Source: an uncultured Holophagales bacterium (GTDB taxonomy: Bacteria > Acidobacteriota > Thermoanaerobaculia > Multivoradales > UBA5704). Taken from it: a stretch of 64,000 bases of DNA. The notes under the pieces are model-generated. The model saw only the letters and a program-made list of their open reading frames with translations, was not told where the DNA came from and ran no database searches. The first letter of the stretch is position 1; each line of letters starts with the position of its first letter. The stretch covers positions 1 through 64,000 of the forward strand of contig CAWJGT010000011.1 of the NCBI GenBank assembly GCA_963842525.1, given 5' to 3'. The position numbers were made by a program, and so were the translations under genes. Below are positions 20,326 through 37,300 of the stretch, in pieces.

Positions 20326-21213
20326 ATGCTCGCTTTTCTGATGATGGCCGCAGATCCGCTGGAGCACGTGGTGCAGCACCCGATCTTCCAGGTGCCGGCG
20401 GACCTCGGCCCGCTGACGCCCGAGGGCAAGATCTCGGTGCTCACCAACCAGACCGCGATGCTGATCGTCGGCGGCCTCCTCCTGATGCTGTTCCTGCCCG
20501 CCCTGGTCCGGCGCCGCCGGGGGACCGACGAGGTCGGGCGGCTGGTGCCGGCCGGATTCGCCAACTTCATCGAGGCGATCTGTGAATACCTCCGCAAGGA
20601 GGTCGCGCGGCCCAATCTCCAGGAGCACACGGACCGGTTCATCAAGTACATCTGGACGATCTTCTTCTTCATCCTGACGATGAACCTGCTGGGGATGCTG
20701 CCGATCGCGGCGATCATGCCGCTCTTCGGGTCCCACATCGGGGGCACGGCGACGGGCAATATCTGGGTGACCGCGACGCTGGCGCTGTGCACCATGGCGA
20801 TGATGGTCTTCAACGGCCTGCGCCTGGGCGGCAAGCACTACATCGCGCACTTCTGCCCAGGCCCCTTGTGGCTGGCGCCGATCATGATCCCGGTGGAGGT
20901 CGCGGGCCTGGTCGCGAAAGTCTTCGCGCTGACCGTCCGTCTCTTCGCCAACATGCTGGCCGGCCACATCGTGCTCGCGGTGCTGCTCGGGTTCATCCTG
21001 ACCGCCGGCACCTCGATGGGCGCCGCGGGCGGGTTCGGGATCGCGGTCCCGGCGGTGCTGGGCAGCGCCGCGCTCACGATCCTCGAGATCTTCGTCGCCT
21101 TCCTCCAGGCGTTCATCTTCACCTTCCTGTCGACTCTGTTCATCGGCCAGTCGGTGGTTTTCCATCACGGTGACGGGCATGGTGAGCACCACGGGGAGGC
21201 GGCGGCACACTGA
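20326..21213 (+). CDS. atpB: ATP synthase Fo subunit a
   Basis: ALTVRLFANMLAGH, LEIFVAFLQAFIFTFL. Confidence 0.95.
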   Translation: MLAFLMMAADPLEHVVQHPIFQVPADLGPLTPEGKISVLTNQTAMLIVGGLLLMLFLPALVRRRRGTDEVGRLVPAGFANFIEAICEYLRKEVARPNLQEHTDRFIKYIWTIFFFILTMNLLGMLPIAAIMPLFGSHIGGTATGNIWVTATLALCTMAMMVFNGLRLGGKHYIAHFCPGPLWLAPIMIPVEVAGLVAKVFALTVRLFANMLAGHIVLAVLLGFILTAGTSMGAAGGFGIAVPAVLGSAALTILEIFVAFLQAFIFTFLSTLFIGQSVVFHHGDGHGEHHGEAAAH

Positions 21214-21294
21214 TTTTTGACTGAAATCGCCATGCCCGGACATGCGTGGGGCACTCGGGCCATGAGGCGTGACTGCGATGGCGATCCGTGATAG

Positions 21295-21690
<396 letters not shown>

Positions 21691-21750
21691 TTTTTTGATC
21701 TCCCCTCCCCAATTGAGGGGAGGGGGCTTTGAATTGACGAGTATCTTGCG

Positions 21751-22372
21751 ATGATCCAAAGAGCTTTGATCACTCTGGTCTCGCTGGCCCTGGCAGCCCC
21801 GGCTTTCGCCGCGGAGGCCGCCGAGCACGGCGCGGAGGGCGGCGGCGGCAACAACATCTTCGCCGGCGACATCGGCAACGCCATCTGGACGCTGGTGATC
21901 TTCCTCCTCGTGGTGTTCATCCTCGGCAAGTACGCCTGGGGGCCGATCCTCAATACCCTGCAGACGCGCGAGAGCCTTCATCCGCGAGGCTCTGGAGAAG
22001 GCGAAGCACGACCGCGACGAGGCCGAGGCCCGGCTGCGCGAGTACGAGGAGCGCCTGGCCAAGTCGCGCGCCGAAGCCACGGCGATCGTGGACGAGGGGC
22101 GCCGCGACGCCGAGGTGGTGAAGCGCCGCATCGAGGAGGAGGCGCGGCACGAGGCCGACCGGACGGTCGAGCGGGCCAAGCGCGAGATCCAGATCGCCAC
22201 CGACACCGCGACCAAGGAGCTCTACACGCTCTCGGCGCGGCTGGCGACGGACATGGCGGCGCGGGTCATCCGCAAGGAGCTGACGCCGCAGGACCACGAA
22301 CGCCTGATCGCCGAGTCGATCGCCGAGTTGGGCGCCGTCCGCGAGGGCGACCTCGCCGGAGGGGGCAAGGCC
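21751..22372 (+). CDS. atpF: ATP synthase Fo subunit b (frameshift near 21975; C-terminus reads in frame into delta)
   Basis: WTLVIFLLVVFILGKYAWGPIL followed by charged coiled coil. Confidence 0.85.
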
Positions 22373-22973
22373 ATGGCGAGCGTAGACGATCGGGACCTGG
22401 CCCTCGGCCGGCTCTACGGCGTCCCGCTGCTCGACCTCGGCGAGGAGCAGGGGCAGGCCGACGACCTGCTCGGCGAGCTGCAGGAGGTGGTCCGCCTCCT
22501 TGACGGCAACCCCACGATCGAGGACTTCTTCGCCAGCCCGCTGGTGGATGCAGACGACCGCCGGCAGGTGATCGAGAAGGTGTTCCGTGGCAAGGCGAGC
22601 GACCTGCTGGTGGACGCCCTCCAGGTGGTCAACCGCAAGGGCCGGCTCGGCTTCCTGCGCGCCATCGCCGAGGCCTACCGCCTTGCCTACCGCGACCGGC
22701 GCGGCCTGGTGGACGCCCGCGTGCGTACGGCGGTGCCGCTCGACGAAGTCCTGCGCGCAGGCTTGCGGCAGGCCATCGCCCGGTTCACGGGCAAGCAGCC
22801 GACGCTGGACGAGAAGGTTGACCCGTGCGTTGCTCGGCGGCATGGTGGTCGAGGTCGCGGGCACGAAGATCGACGCCAGCGTGGCCTCGCGCCTGCGAGA
22901 CCTGAGCGCGGCGCTGGAGCAGCGCGCCTCCCAGGAGATCCATCGCGGAGCCCAGGCGTACAGCGCCGAGTGA
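22373..22973 (+). CDS. atpH: ATP synthase F1 delta (frameshift near 22825)
   Basis: VRTAVPLDE, LLGGMVVEVAGTKIDASV. Confidence 0.88.
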
Positions 22974-23015
22974 CTGAGTGATTCGAAAGGTTGATTTGAG
23001 GTAAGAGGAGCGTTC

Positions 23016-24757
<1,742 letters not shown>

Positions 24758-24784
24758 GCACCAGGAAGATAAGGAGCGGCGGCG

Positions 24785-27205
<2,421 letters not shown>

Positions 27206-27216
27206 GGCGAGGGGCC

Positions 27217-27615
27217 ATGGCGAGGACCGACACGTTCCACTGCAGCGTGATCACGCCCGAGCGCGCGGTGCTCGAGGCCGACGCCACCTTCGTCGCCTTC
27301 CCGGCGCACGACGGCGAGGTCGGCATCCTCAAGGACCGCGCGCCCCTGCTCTACAAGATGGGGATCGGCGTGCTCCGGGTCGAGACGCCCGAAGGGAACC
27401 ACGTCTTCTTCGTCGACGGCGGCTTCGCCCAGATGGTCGACAACCGGCTGACCCTCCTCACCGAGCAGGCGAAGAGCGCCGACGAGATCGACCGGGCAGC
27501 CGCCGAGCGGGCCCTGGCCGAAGCGCGCGAGATGCCAATGGACACGGACGCCGCCTTCGCCGCCAGGCAACGGGCGGTGCAGCGGGCCGAGGTCCAGATC
27601 CGGCTGGCGAGCTGA
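27217..27615 (+). CDS. atpC: ATP synthase F1 epsilon
   Basis: [23 protein letters not shown]. Confidence 0.92.
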   Translation: MARTDTFHCSVITPERAVLEADATFVAFPAHDGEVGILKDRAPLLYKMGIGVLRVETPEGNHVFFVDGGFAQMVDNRLTLLTEQAKSADEIDRAAAERALAEAREMPMDTDAAFAARQRAVQRAEVQIRLAS

Positions 27616-27695
27616 CGCGGAGGGGGGCGGAGCGCTCGCTGCCGGGTGAGCTTCGCCTCGATGCTGGCGGCCCAGGAGCAAGGAGAAGCCGGACC

Positions 27696-29783
27696 TTGAA
27701 TCACAGCGAGATCGTGAGCTTCCTCTGGGGCGTTGCGGACCTGATCCGGGACACCTTCAAGCGCGGGAAGTACCAGGACGTCATCCTGCCTCTCACAGTC
27801 CTGCGGCGGCTCGATTGCGTGCTCGCCCCCACCAAGGAGAGGGTCCTCGCCAAGCAGGCCCAGCTCACGGGGCGGTTGGAGAACCTCGAACCCCAGCTTA
27901 GCCGGGCATCGGGCTTCGCCTTCTACAACACCTCTCGCTACGATTTCGAGAAGCTCCTGGCGGATGCTCCGCACCTGAAAGCCAATCTGCGCAACTACAT
28001 TGCCGGCTTCAGCCTCAACATGCGCGAGGTCCTCGAGAAGTTTGACTTCGACAACACCATCAACAAGCTGGACGAGGCCGGGCTTCTGTTCAAGGTGATG
28101 GAACGCTTCAAGAACGTCAACCTCCACCCGGACAAGGTGGACAACGCCACCATGGGGACGATCTTCGAGGAGCTGATCCGGAAGTTCAATGAGGCCCTGA
28201 ACGAGAATCCCGGCGAGCACTTCACGCCGCGCGACGTCGTTCACCTCATGGTCGATCTCCTCCTGGCCAGCGACGAGGATCGTCTCCGCAAGCCGGGCGT
28301 AATCCTCTTGGTATGCGATCCCTGCTGCGGGACCGGCGGCATGCTGACCATCACCAAGGAGCACATCACTGAAGGTGTTCGCGGAAACGGCCATCTGCTC
28401 CGGCAGCCGATCAATCGAGAGGCCGAGATTCATTTGTTCGGCCAAGAGGTCAACCCCGAGACTTTCGCGGTCTGCAAGTCCGATCTCTTCATGAAGTCGA
28501 AAAAGGGGCGGGATGCCGAAAGCATCCTGTTCGGGAGTACTCTTTCAAAGGACCGCCACGCTGGCCGCCGTTTCGATTACCAGATCGCCAATCCCCCCTA
28601 CGGCAAGGATTGGAAGAGGGATGAGGATCAGGTGCGGGCCGAGCACGAACGCGGAACGGCCGGCCGCTTCGCGCCGGGTCTCCCTCGGATCAGCGACGGC
28701 CAGTTGCTTTTCCTGCTCCACATGCTGGGCCATATGAAGGAGCCAGAGGAGGGGGGCTCGCGCGTCGCCATCATCATGAACGGCTCGCCTCTTTTCACCG
28801 GCGACGCCGGAAGCGGCGAGAGCGAGATCCGCCGCTGGATTCTCGAAAACGATTTCCTCGAGGCGCTGATCGCTCTGCCCGAGCAGCTTTTCTACAACAC
28901 GGGCATTGCCACCTATGTCTGGGTGCTCACCAACCGCAAGCCTGCCAAGCGCCGCAGGAAGGTCCAGCTCATCGACGCCTCCTCGTTCTGGGTCTCGATG
29001 CGCAAGAGCCTGGGGGACAAGCGCCGGGAGATCCCTTACGAGAAGGCTGTCGAGGTCATCGCCCTGCTCCGTGCAGGAAAAGAGGGGGAGCACGTCAAGA
29101 TCTTCCCCACCACGCATTTCGGCTACCGCAAGATCACCGTCGAGCGTCCGCTGCGGCTCAACTTCCAGGCGGCGCCGGAACGGATCGCCCGGCTCGCGGA
29201 GGAGAAGGCTTTCCAGAACCTGGCCGTTTCAAAGAAGAAGGGCGCCGCTAAGGGCAAGGAAGAGGAGGAGGGGCGTGCCCAACAGGAAGAGGTCCGTAAT
29301 TTCCTGGAAACGCTCCCCCGCAGGCTCTACAAAAATCGCGAGGATTTTGAGAAGGCGCTCGATGCCGCTGCCCGAAAGACCGGTATCGGGCTTACCGGGC
29401 CAGTCCGAAAGGCCATCCTCTCCGCCCTCTCCGACCGCGACGAGTCGGCGGAGATCTGCCGCGACAAGCACGGCCAGCCGGAGCCCGACCCCGACCTGCG
29501 CGACACGGAGAGCGTCCCGCTCTCCGAAAGCGTCGAAGCCTTTTTCGAGCGAGAGGTCAAGCCCCACGTCCCGGATGCCTGGATCGACACCGGTAAGCGG
29601 GACGAAAAGGACGGCAAGGTCGGTATCGTGGGCTACGAGCTCAACTTCAATCGCTACTTCTACAAGTACACGCCTCCACGGCCGCTCGAGGACATCGAGG
29701 CCGAGATCCGGACCATCGAGAAGGACATTGTCCGCATGCTGGCCGAAGTCACCCGCTCCTCAACGGACGACCTGATCCCGTGA
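27696..29783 (+). CDS. hsdM: Type I R-M methyltransferase subunit
   Basis: GEHFTPRDVV, DPCCGTGGML (SAM binding), NPPY (m6A motif IV), FYNTGIATY. Confidence 0.95.
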   Translation: MNHSEIVSFLWGVADLIRDTFKRGKYQDVILPLTVLRRLDCVLAPTKERVLAKQAQLTGRLENLEPQLSRASGFAFYNTSRYDFEKLLADAPHLKANLRNYIAGFSLNMREVLEKFDFDNTINKLDEAGLLFKVMERFKNVNLHPDKVDNATMGTIFEELIRKFNEALNENPGEHFTPRDVVHLMVDLLLASDEDRLRKPGVILLVCDPCCGTGGMLTITKEHITEGVRGNGHLLRQPINREAEIHLFGQEVNPETFAVCKSDLFMKSKKGRDAESILFGSTLSKDRHAGRRFDYQIANPPYGKDWKRDEDQVRAEHERGTAGRFAPGLPRISDGQLLFLLHMLGHMKEPEEGGSRVAIIMNGSPLFTGDAGSGESEIRRWILENDFLEALIALPEQLFYNTGIATYVWVLTNRKPAKRRRKVQLIDASSFWVSMRKSLGDKRREIPYEKAVEVIALLRAGKEGEHVKIFPTTHFGYRKITVERPLRLNFQAAPERIARLAEEKAFQNLAVSKKKGAAKGKEEEEGRAQQEEVRNFLETLPRRLYKNREDFEKALDAAARKTGIGLTGPVRKAILSALSDRDESAEICRDKHGQPEPDPDLRDTESVPLSESVEAFFEREVKPHVPDAWIDTGKRDEKDGKVGIVGYELNFNRYFYKYTPPRPLEDIEAEIRTIEKDIVRMLAEVTRSSTDDLIP

Positions 29784-29807
29784 GCGCTGTCCCATGACCC
29801 GAGTGGA

Positions 29808-29855
29808 TAGCCTAAATTGTCGGCACTTCCTTGTAACTGCCGACGATTTAGGCTA
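29808..29855. promoter_or_regulatory. 18-bp inverted repeat, probable AbiEi operator
   Basis: TAGCCTAAATTGTCGGCA ... TGCCGACGATTTAGGCTA (1 mismatch) directly upstream of abiEi. Confidence 0.7.
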
Positions 29856-29865
29856 AGATCGGCTC

Positions 29866-30477
29866 GTGAAGGCGCCTAGCGTCAACCCCGTTCCGCCTGC
29901 GGATTTTTCCGAGCTCAGCGCCGTCTTCCGGCCTCAGGACGCGGAGGCTCTGGGCATCCCCCGCAGCATGCTGCGCGCGTGGCTGCGGCGCGGCACCGCC
30001 GAGCGTGTCGGGCGTGGGCTCTACCGGCTCTCCGAAGCGAAGCCCAGCGAATACGAAACGCTCGCCATGGTCGCCGCTCGGGTACCGCACGCGGTTGTGT
30101 GCCTGCTCACAGCCCTGCACGTTCACGGCATCGGTACCCAGGCGCCCCGGGAGGTCTGGATTGCCCTCGACCGCAAGGCGCGCAAGCCCCGTCTCGACGG
30201 GCTCCCGGTCCGGGTTGTACGCTTCTCTGCTCCGATGCTGAGCTATGCCGTGGAGACACGCGAGATCCAGGGAGTAGCCGTGCGCATCACCATGCCCGCG
30301 CGGACGGTGGTGGACTGCTTCCGCTACCGGAACAAGATCGGGCTGGATGTGGCTCTCGAGGCACTGCGCGATGCGCTCGCCACGGGCCGCGCCACCGTCG
30401 CCGACATTCTGCGGGCCGCCGAAGTGGGCCGAGTGCGGAATGTCATTCAACCCTATGTGGAGGCGGCCGCCTCGTGA
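29866..30477 (+). CDS. abiEi: Type IV TA antitoxin AbiEi
   Basis: wHTH ERVGRGLYRL, VCLLTALHVHG, RTVVDCFRYRNKIG. Confidence 0.88.
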   Translation: MKAPSVNPVPPADFSELSAVFRPQDAEALGIPRSMLRAWLRRGTAERVGRGLYRLSEAKPSEYETLAMVAARVPHAVVCLLTALHVHGIGTQAPREVWIALDRKARKPRLDGLPVRVVRFSAPMLSYAVETREIQGVAVRITMPARTVVDCFRYRNKIGLDVALEALRDALATGRATVADILRAAEVGRVRNVIQPYVEAAAS

Positions 30478-31020
30478 CTCGCAAACCCAGCAACCTTGCA
30501 GCTTCCGTGTCTTACCGGCTGCTCCAGCGCGCCCGTGACCGCAGCGAGGATTTCCAGCTCACCCTGCAGCGCTACGCCGTGGAGCGGTTGCTATGCCGCT
30601 TGGAGCAGTCGCCGCACCATGGCCGCTTCATTTTGAAGGGCGCGATGCTCTATGCGGTTTGGGGCGGAGAAGCCTACCGTCCCACGCGCGATCTCGATCT
30701 GCTCGGCTATGGGCCGGCCGAGATCGGGTCGATCGCTGACTGCTTCCTGGATCTCTGCACGATCGAGGTCGCAGACGACGGCCTGCACTTCCAGGCGGAC
30801 AGCATCCGGGCTCAGGAGATCCGCGAGGCGGGAGAGTATGGGGGAATACGCGTCGAGCTTCAGGCGAGCCTTTCTACGGCGCGCATCAGACTACAGGTGG
30901 ACGTAGGTTTTGGTGACGTTGTCGTACCCACCCCTGAAGAGGTGGAGTTTCCTGTGCTCCTCAATGGCCGAGCTTCCACGTATCCGCGCTTACCCACGCG
31001 AGACTGTTGTTGCCGAAAAG

Positions 31021-32678
31021 GTATCTGTTTACCGCCCTAGTGCCGCCTTCCCCGAGCGGTGGCACGTCCGCAAGGGCTTGAAGTTCTCTTCTCGGCATGG
31101 TCTAATGTCTTTCAGGCATGCCGACTTACGAGGAACTCCTTCAAGAGAACTCTGAGCTTCGCCAAGACAACGGTGAGCTTCGCCAGCGGGTGGAGGAGCA
31201 GGAGCGCCAGATTGCGCACCTGAAGCGCCGAATCGTCGATCTGGAGAAACTTGTCGAGGAGCTACGGCGCCGGGGCAAACGCCAGGCTGCCCCCTTCTCG
31301 AAGGGAGATCCGAGCGAGGATCCCAAGTCTCCAGGGCGCAAAGCCGGGGATCAATATGGTCAGCAAGCGACTCGAGCTGTGCCCGATCACGTCGACGAAA
31401 CCATCGTGGTGGAGTGCCCGCTGTATTGTGAGCACTGTGGGGGTCAGGTCATTCCGCAGGGCGAAGCTCGCCAGTATCAGACCGATCTGCCGCCGATTCG
31501 GCCGGTGACGACGGAGTTCATCCTCCATTATGGGAAGTGCTCGGCATGTGGCCGGGAAGCTGTGGGGCGTCACCCGCGCCAGACTTCCCAGGCGTTCCGG
31601 GTCGGCAACGTGCAACTCGGTCCAAACGTGTTGGGGCTCGCCGCCTGGCTCAACAAGGTCGGAGGCTTGAGCTACGGCAAGATCGCCGCGTTGCTGAAGG
31701 AGCTGGCTGGACTGTCTGTGTCGCGCTCGGCCCTGTGCCGCGCGCTGCTTCGCATGAGTAAGAAGCTGGAGCCCTTGTACGAGGAGCTGAAGGCGAAGAT
31801 CCGGAAGCTCTCCTGTGGTGTACCCGGACGAGACGGGCTGGCGGGAGGGGGGCTATAGCGTGTGGTTGTGGGTGTTCACCAATCGCAGCGAGACGGTCTA
31901 CAGCATCCAGCCGGGTCGTGGCTATGCCGAGGCCTCTGAGGTCCTGGGGGAGGGCTTTGTCGGCGTGCTGGTGGCTGATGGTTGGGCTCCCTATCAGAAA
32001 TTTGAAGAAGCGACTCATCAGACCTGTCTGGCGCATCTGTTGCGCCGTTGCGAGGAGCTGCTGGAGAAGGCGACAGGGGGTGCGGTGCGCTTTCCTCGGG
32101 CGGTGAAAGAGATCCTGCAGGCCGCCTTGGAGGCGCGAGATCAGCGGGACGCGGGCAAGCTCAGCGGCGAGGCGCTGGAGAAGGTCAAGCAGGACTTGGA
32201 GCTCCAGATGGAAAGGCGTCTGTCGGGGCAGTTCACGAACCCCGACAACCAGCGTCTGGCTCAGCATTTGATACGTCACCAGGAGCAGCTGTTTGTCTTC
32301 CTGGAACGCACGGATGTGGAGGCGACCAATTGGCCGGCCGAACAAGGGATTCGCCCGGCGGTCATCAACCGCAAGACATCTGGGGGAAATCGGACGGCCG
32401 AGGGGTCCCAGGCGCAAGCGGTCTTGATGAGTGCCCTGCGCACATTTCAGCAACACCAAGTCGGGACACTCGAGATCTTGCCCCAGCTTCTGCGCAGCCC
32501 CCAGCTACCGAAGCTTGAGGCAATACTTCCTGCGTCACAGCCACCGTAACAGTTCTCGCCACGAGTTATCCGTGGCTCCAGGTCGGTAGCCGCTCGCCCT
32601 CGTCAGGTCGCCTGGCCAGCGCGGACGTGTGTCCAGGGAAAACCTTCCCCAAAAGTGCCGCTGACGGTAAACAGATAC
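31021..32678 (+). mobile_element. IS66 family element, single-ORF (ISBst12-like)
   Basis: 14-bp terminal IRs GTATCTGTTTACCG / CGGTAAACAGATAC; 8-bp target duplication CCGAAAAG at 31013-20 and 32679-86. Confidence 0.95.
31118..32549 (+). CDS. IS66 transposase TnpC (frameshift near 31810)
   Basis: Coiled coil, Zn finger CEHCGG/CSACG, DETGW, ADGW, QTCLAHLLR, TNWPAEQGIR. Confidence 0.92.
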
Positions 32679-33045
32679 CCGAAAAGCTCCATGCGGCGGT
32701 TCTGTTTGGCGACGCGAACACCCGCATGAAGGACTTTTACGATCTCTTCATTCTATCAAGCCATTATCCGTTTGAGGGTTTGCCGCTCACCCGGGCCATT
32801 GCCGCTACTTTCGAGCGCCGCCGCACAACGTTGCCACAGTTGTTTCCGCTCCGTCCAGCATTTTTCGACCAGGATATGCGCGCGAACCAGTGGCGCGCGT
32901 ATCTCGTACGTACCAGACTCAAAACTGCTCCGTCGGACTTTACCGTCGTCGGCGAAGCTTTACACGAATTTCTTGCCCAGCCGTACCAGGCACTGATGAG
33001 CGGGGTCGCATTTCCAGGATCATGGTTGCCGGGAGGACCCTGGAA

Positions 33046-34359
33046 ATGAAGCATCGACGGTTCCGGCGTTATCCTGAATACAGAGACTCTGGAGTGGAAT
33101 GGCTCGGTGAAATCCCGGCGCACTGGGAAGTGAAGAGCTTCAAGGCAACGATCACCGGCTGCCAGAATGGTATATGGGGAGATGAACCGGATGGAGGCAA
33201 CGACATCGTCTGCGTCCGAGTTGCTGACTTTGATAGAGTGCTTTGCGCGTCAATTTTTCCGCCGAGCCCACTTTGCGGTCAATTGATGCGCGTGCTCGCC
33301 AAGGGAGGCTCTTGAGGCCAGGAGATCTCCTGCTTGAGAAGTCCGGCGGCGGGGAGAAGCAACCAGTCGGATGTGTCGTGATTTACGACCGCTCTGAGTC
33401 TCGCAGTTTGCTCCAACTTCATCGCCAGAATGCCCGTTGCTGAAGGCGTTTGCTCCCGGTATCTCAGCTATCTTCATGCCGCCGGATACTATGTACGCTT
33501 AAACACGAGGTCAATTAAGCAGAGCACAGGGATTCAGAATCTTGACAGCTCTTCCTATCTTGCCGAGAGCGTCTCTCTTCCGCGATTCATAGAACAGCGG
33601 GCCATCTCTGAATTTCTCGATCGCGAAACGGCCGCGCTTGATGCTTTGGCGGCAAAGAAAGAGAGGCTTATTAAGCTGCTTCAAGAGAAGTATGCTTCGC
33701 TCCTCGCAAACGCAATCTTAGGTGCCCCTTGCTACAGTGAAGTGAGGCTTGGCTACTATGTGGACCTGCTACCCGGCTTCGCATTCCCCAGTGCGGGCTT
33801 CAGCCGCGATCCTGATGACGTTCGGCTGTTGCGCGGGGTTAATGTCTCGCCTGGTGCACTACGCTGGGATGATGTCGTCAGATGGCCAAAATCAGAAGCT
33901 GCAAAATTTTCTCGCTATCAACTGAGAGAGGGCGATCTCGTTTTGGGAATGGATCGTCCTTGGGTCGGTTCGGGGATCCGTGTGAGCTTCGTACTAAAGG
34001 CAGACTTGCCTTCCTTGCTCCTGCAACGTGTGGCGCGCCTGCGAGCCAGAAATGGCCTGCTGCAGGAATATCTAGGGTTCGTTCTGGCTAGTCCTCAGTT
34101 CCAGGAGTATTTTGAGCCAATCCTGACCGGGGTCAGTGTTCCCCACATTAGCCCAGATCAAGTTGGTGCCTTCCGATTACGCTTGCCTTCGGTCGAGGTT
34201 CAGGAGTTGGTATGCCGCCACCTCAGCGAGGAGAGAAGAAGAATAGATGCTCTAAGCAAAGAGTTGATCGCATCAATCGAGCGCCTGAAGGAGATCCGTA
34301 CAGCTATCATTTGGGCGGCGGTAACAGGCAAAATTGACGTCCGGAAGGAGGTCCCATGA
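33046..34359 (+). CDS. hsdS: Type I R-M specificity subunit (frameshifts near 33245 and 33400)
   Basis: YRDSGVEWLGEIPAHW, EQRAISEFLDRET, AAVTGKIDVR; two TRDs. Confidence 0.92.
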
Positions 34360-37300
34360 TTCCGGAGGTCTCCGAGCGCAGCTTTGAAGATGACATCGAG
34401 CGCGTGCTCCTTGAGGGCGGCCCGGATGCCTACTTGAGTACTCTTTCGGTAGGTGCGCTCGGGGTCAGGGAGGCTCCACCGGCCTTTGGCGAGAACCCAC
34501 CAGGTGGTTACCGCAAGCGATCGCCGCAGGAGTACGACCGCGATCTCTGCCTGATCCCGCGTGACGTGCTCGACTTCCTCCTCGCCACTCAGCCTAAGGA
34601 GTGGGCGAAGCTCAAAGACCACTACGGCTCTGAGGTCAAGGAGCGATTCCTCAAGCGCGTCTCGCGGGAAATCGAGCATCGAGGAACACTCGACGTGCTG
34701 CGCAACGGCGTCCGGGATGCAGGGTGCAAGTTCCAGATGGCCTATTTCCGGCCTGCGAGCGGGCTCAACGAGGAGACTCCGACACCTGTATGAGGCAAAT
34801 TTGTTTGCGGTAGTGCGCCAGCTTCGCTACAGCGAAAAGACTACCGATGAGCTGGACCTTGGGCTTTTCCTCAATGGCATTCCGATCTTCACTGCCGAGC
34901 TCAAGAACCCGCTCTCTTCAGGCTGGACGGTGAAGGAAGCCATCGAGCAGTACATGAACAGCCGCGGCCCGCGTGAGCCGCTACTCGCCTACGGCCGCTG
35001 CCTGGCACATTTCGCCATTGATCCGAACCTGGTGTACGTGACCGCCGAGCTCGCGGGAGCCGAGACACGCTTCTTGCCGTTCAACCAGGGTTATCTGAGG
35101 GGCGCGGGGAACCCGCCCATGCCGCCAACCCAAAGGGGCTACGCCACCAGCTATCTCTGGGAGCGGGTCTGGGCCCGCGACAGCGTCCTCGATTTGATTC
35201 GGCAATTCATCCATGAAGTCGAAGAGGAGGATGAGAGGGGCCGGAAGACCGGGAAGCGCCATCTCATATTTCCGCGTTTCCATCAGCTCGACGCCGTGCG
35301 TCGCCTGGTAGGGCACGCATTCCAGCGGGGGGCAGGGCAGCGCTACCTGATCGAGCACTCGGCCGGCAGCGGTAAGAGCAACACGATCGCTTGGCTCGCG
35401 CATCAGCCTCTCAACCCTTCACGACGTCGTGGACCAGCGTGTGTTCGATTCCATCATCGTCGTGACCGACCGGCGCATCCTCGACCGGCAGCTCCAGCGG
35501 GTCATGCGCCAGTTCGAGCAGACCCTCGGCGTGGTGGAGAACATCGACACCACGTCGCGGCAACTCAAAGAGGCGCTCGAATCGGGCAAGACGATCATCG
35601 TCACCACGCTCCAGAAGTTTCCGGTCATCGCGCAGCAGGTCGGCGAGCTTCCCGGCAAGAGCTTCGCCGTGATCGTGGACGAGGCCCACTCTTCGCAGTC
35701 GGGCGAGAGCAGCAAGGGCCTCAAGAAAGTCTTGTCGGTCGACTAGCCTGGAGGAAGCAGAGCGAGAGGAGGCAGGTGCCGAGACGCCTGAAGAGGAGCT
35801 GGAAAACCTCGTTCTGGCAGAGGCGCAGAAGCGCGGGCGTCTCCCCAACGTCTCGATGTTCGCCTTCACGGCCACGCCCAAGCCGAAGACCCTGGAGCTG
35901 TTCGGGACGAAGAACGAGAAAGGCGAATTCGACGCCTTCCACCTCTACAGCATGCGCCAAGCGATCGAGGAGGGATTCATCCTCGACGTCCTGCGCAACT
36001 ACACGACCTACACGGCCTACTGGCGCCTGCTCAAGACGATCGAGGACGACCCTCACTACGAGAAGAGCAAGGCGGCCTATCTGCTCAAATCCTTTGTCGA
36101 GCTCCACCCTCATGCGATCAACGAGAAGGTCCGCATCATGGTGGAGCACTTCGCGGCCCAGGTTCAGAACCAGATCGACGGCAAGGCCAAGGCCATGATC
36201 GTGACGCGCTCCCGCCTCCATGCCGTGCGCTACAAGCTCGCCGTGGACCGCTACTTGAGCGAACGAGGCTACCCGTTCAAGGCGCTCGTGGCCTTCTCCG
36301 GAAGCGTCAAGGACGCGGGCCAGTCCTACACGGAATCCGGGATGAACTCGGAGAGCGCAGGCAGAACCATCGGCGAGAGGCAGACCGCACGCGAATTCGA
36401 GAAGCCCGAGTACCGCTTTCTCATCGTGGCCAACAAGTTCCAGACCGGCTTCGACCAGCCGCTCCTGCATACCATGTATGTGGATAAGAAGCTTGGCGGC
36501 GTCAATGCAGTGCAAACCATTTCGCGACTGAATCGCACACATCCCGATAAACGGGAAACCATGGTTCTCGATTTCGCAAACGAGGCGGAGCCTATCCGGC
36601 AGGCATTCGAGCCCTTTTACGAGACGACCATCCTCTCCGAGGGGACCGATCCTGACCTGCTCTACAAAGCCCAGCACGAGCTGCTCGGGTTCGACATCTA
36701 CACTGAAGCTGAGGTGACCTCGTTCGCCAGGCTCTTTTTCACCCCGAGGGTGAGCCAGAGCCAGCTCTACGCCGCCCTAGCTCCGATCGTGGACCGCTTC
36801 CGCAACCTGTCTCCCAACGAGCAGGCGGATTGCCGGGGACGGCTGACCGACTACATCCGACTCTATGCCTTTCTGGCCCAAGTGCTGACGTTTGCGGATG
36901 CCGACCTCGAAAAGCTCCATCTCTTCGCCCGGCACCTGCGCCGGCTGATTCCGGCCGAGCGGGAAGATCTTCCCGTCGAGGTGCAGCAGAACATCGACAT
37001 GGAGTCCTACCGCATCCAGCGGACGAGCAGTGGTCGAATCAAGCTGGAACGCAATGGCGGCAAGCTAGACCCCATCCAGGCGAAGGAGCGAGCGACTGTC
37101 ACTCCGGAGCAGCTCGAGCCTCTCTCGCATATTATTTCGGAGCTCAACGAGCGCTTTGGGATCCATCTCAATGAAGAGGACCGGGTCTGCCTCGAGCAGG
37201 CGATGATCCGGCTCAACGAGGACCCTGCCCTGGGAGCCGCGGCGCGGGTCAACACGCGGGAAAACGTCCGCCTCACCTTTGACCATAAGCTCGAAGACGT

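Larger units (their letters stand above)
30474..33049 (+). pseudogene. abiEii: AbiEii nucleotidyltransferase toxin interrupted by IS66
   Basis: FILKGAML, RPTRDLDL; ETVVAEK/LHAA..NTRMKDFYDL rejoined across the IS. Confidence 0.9.
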
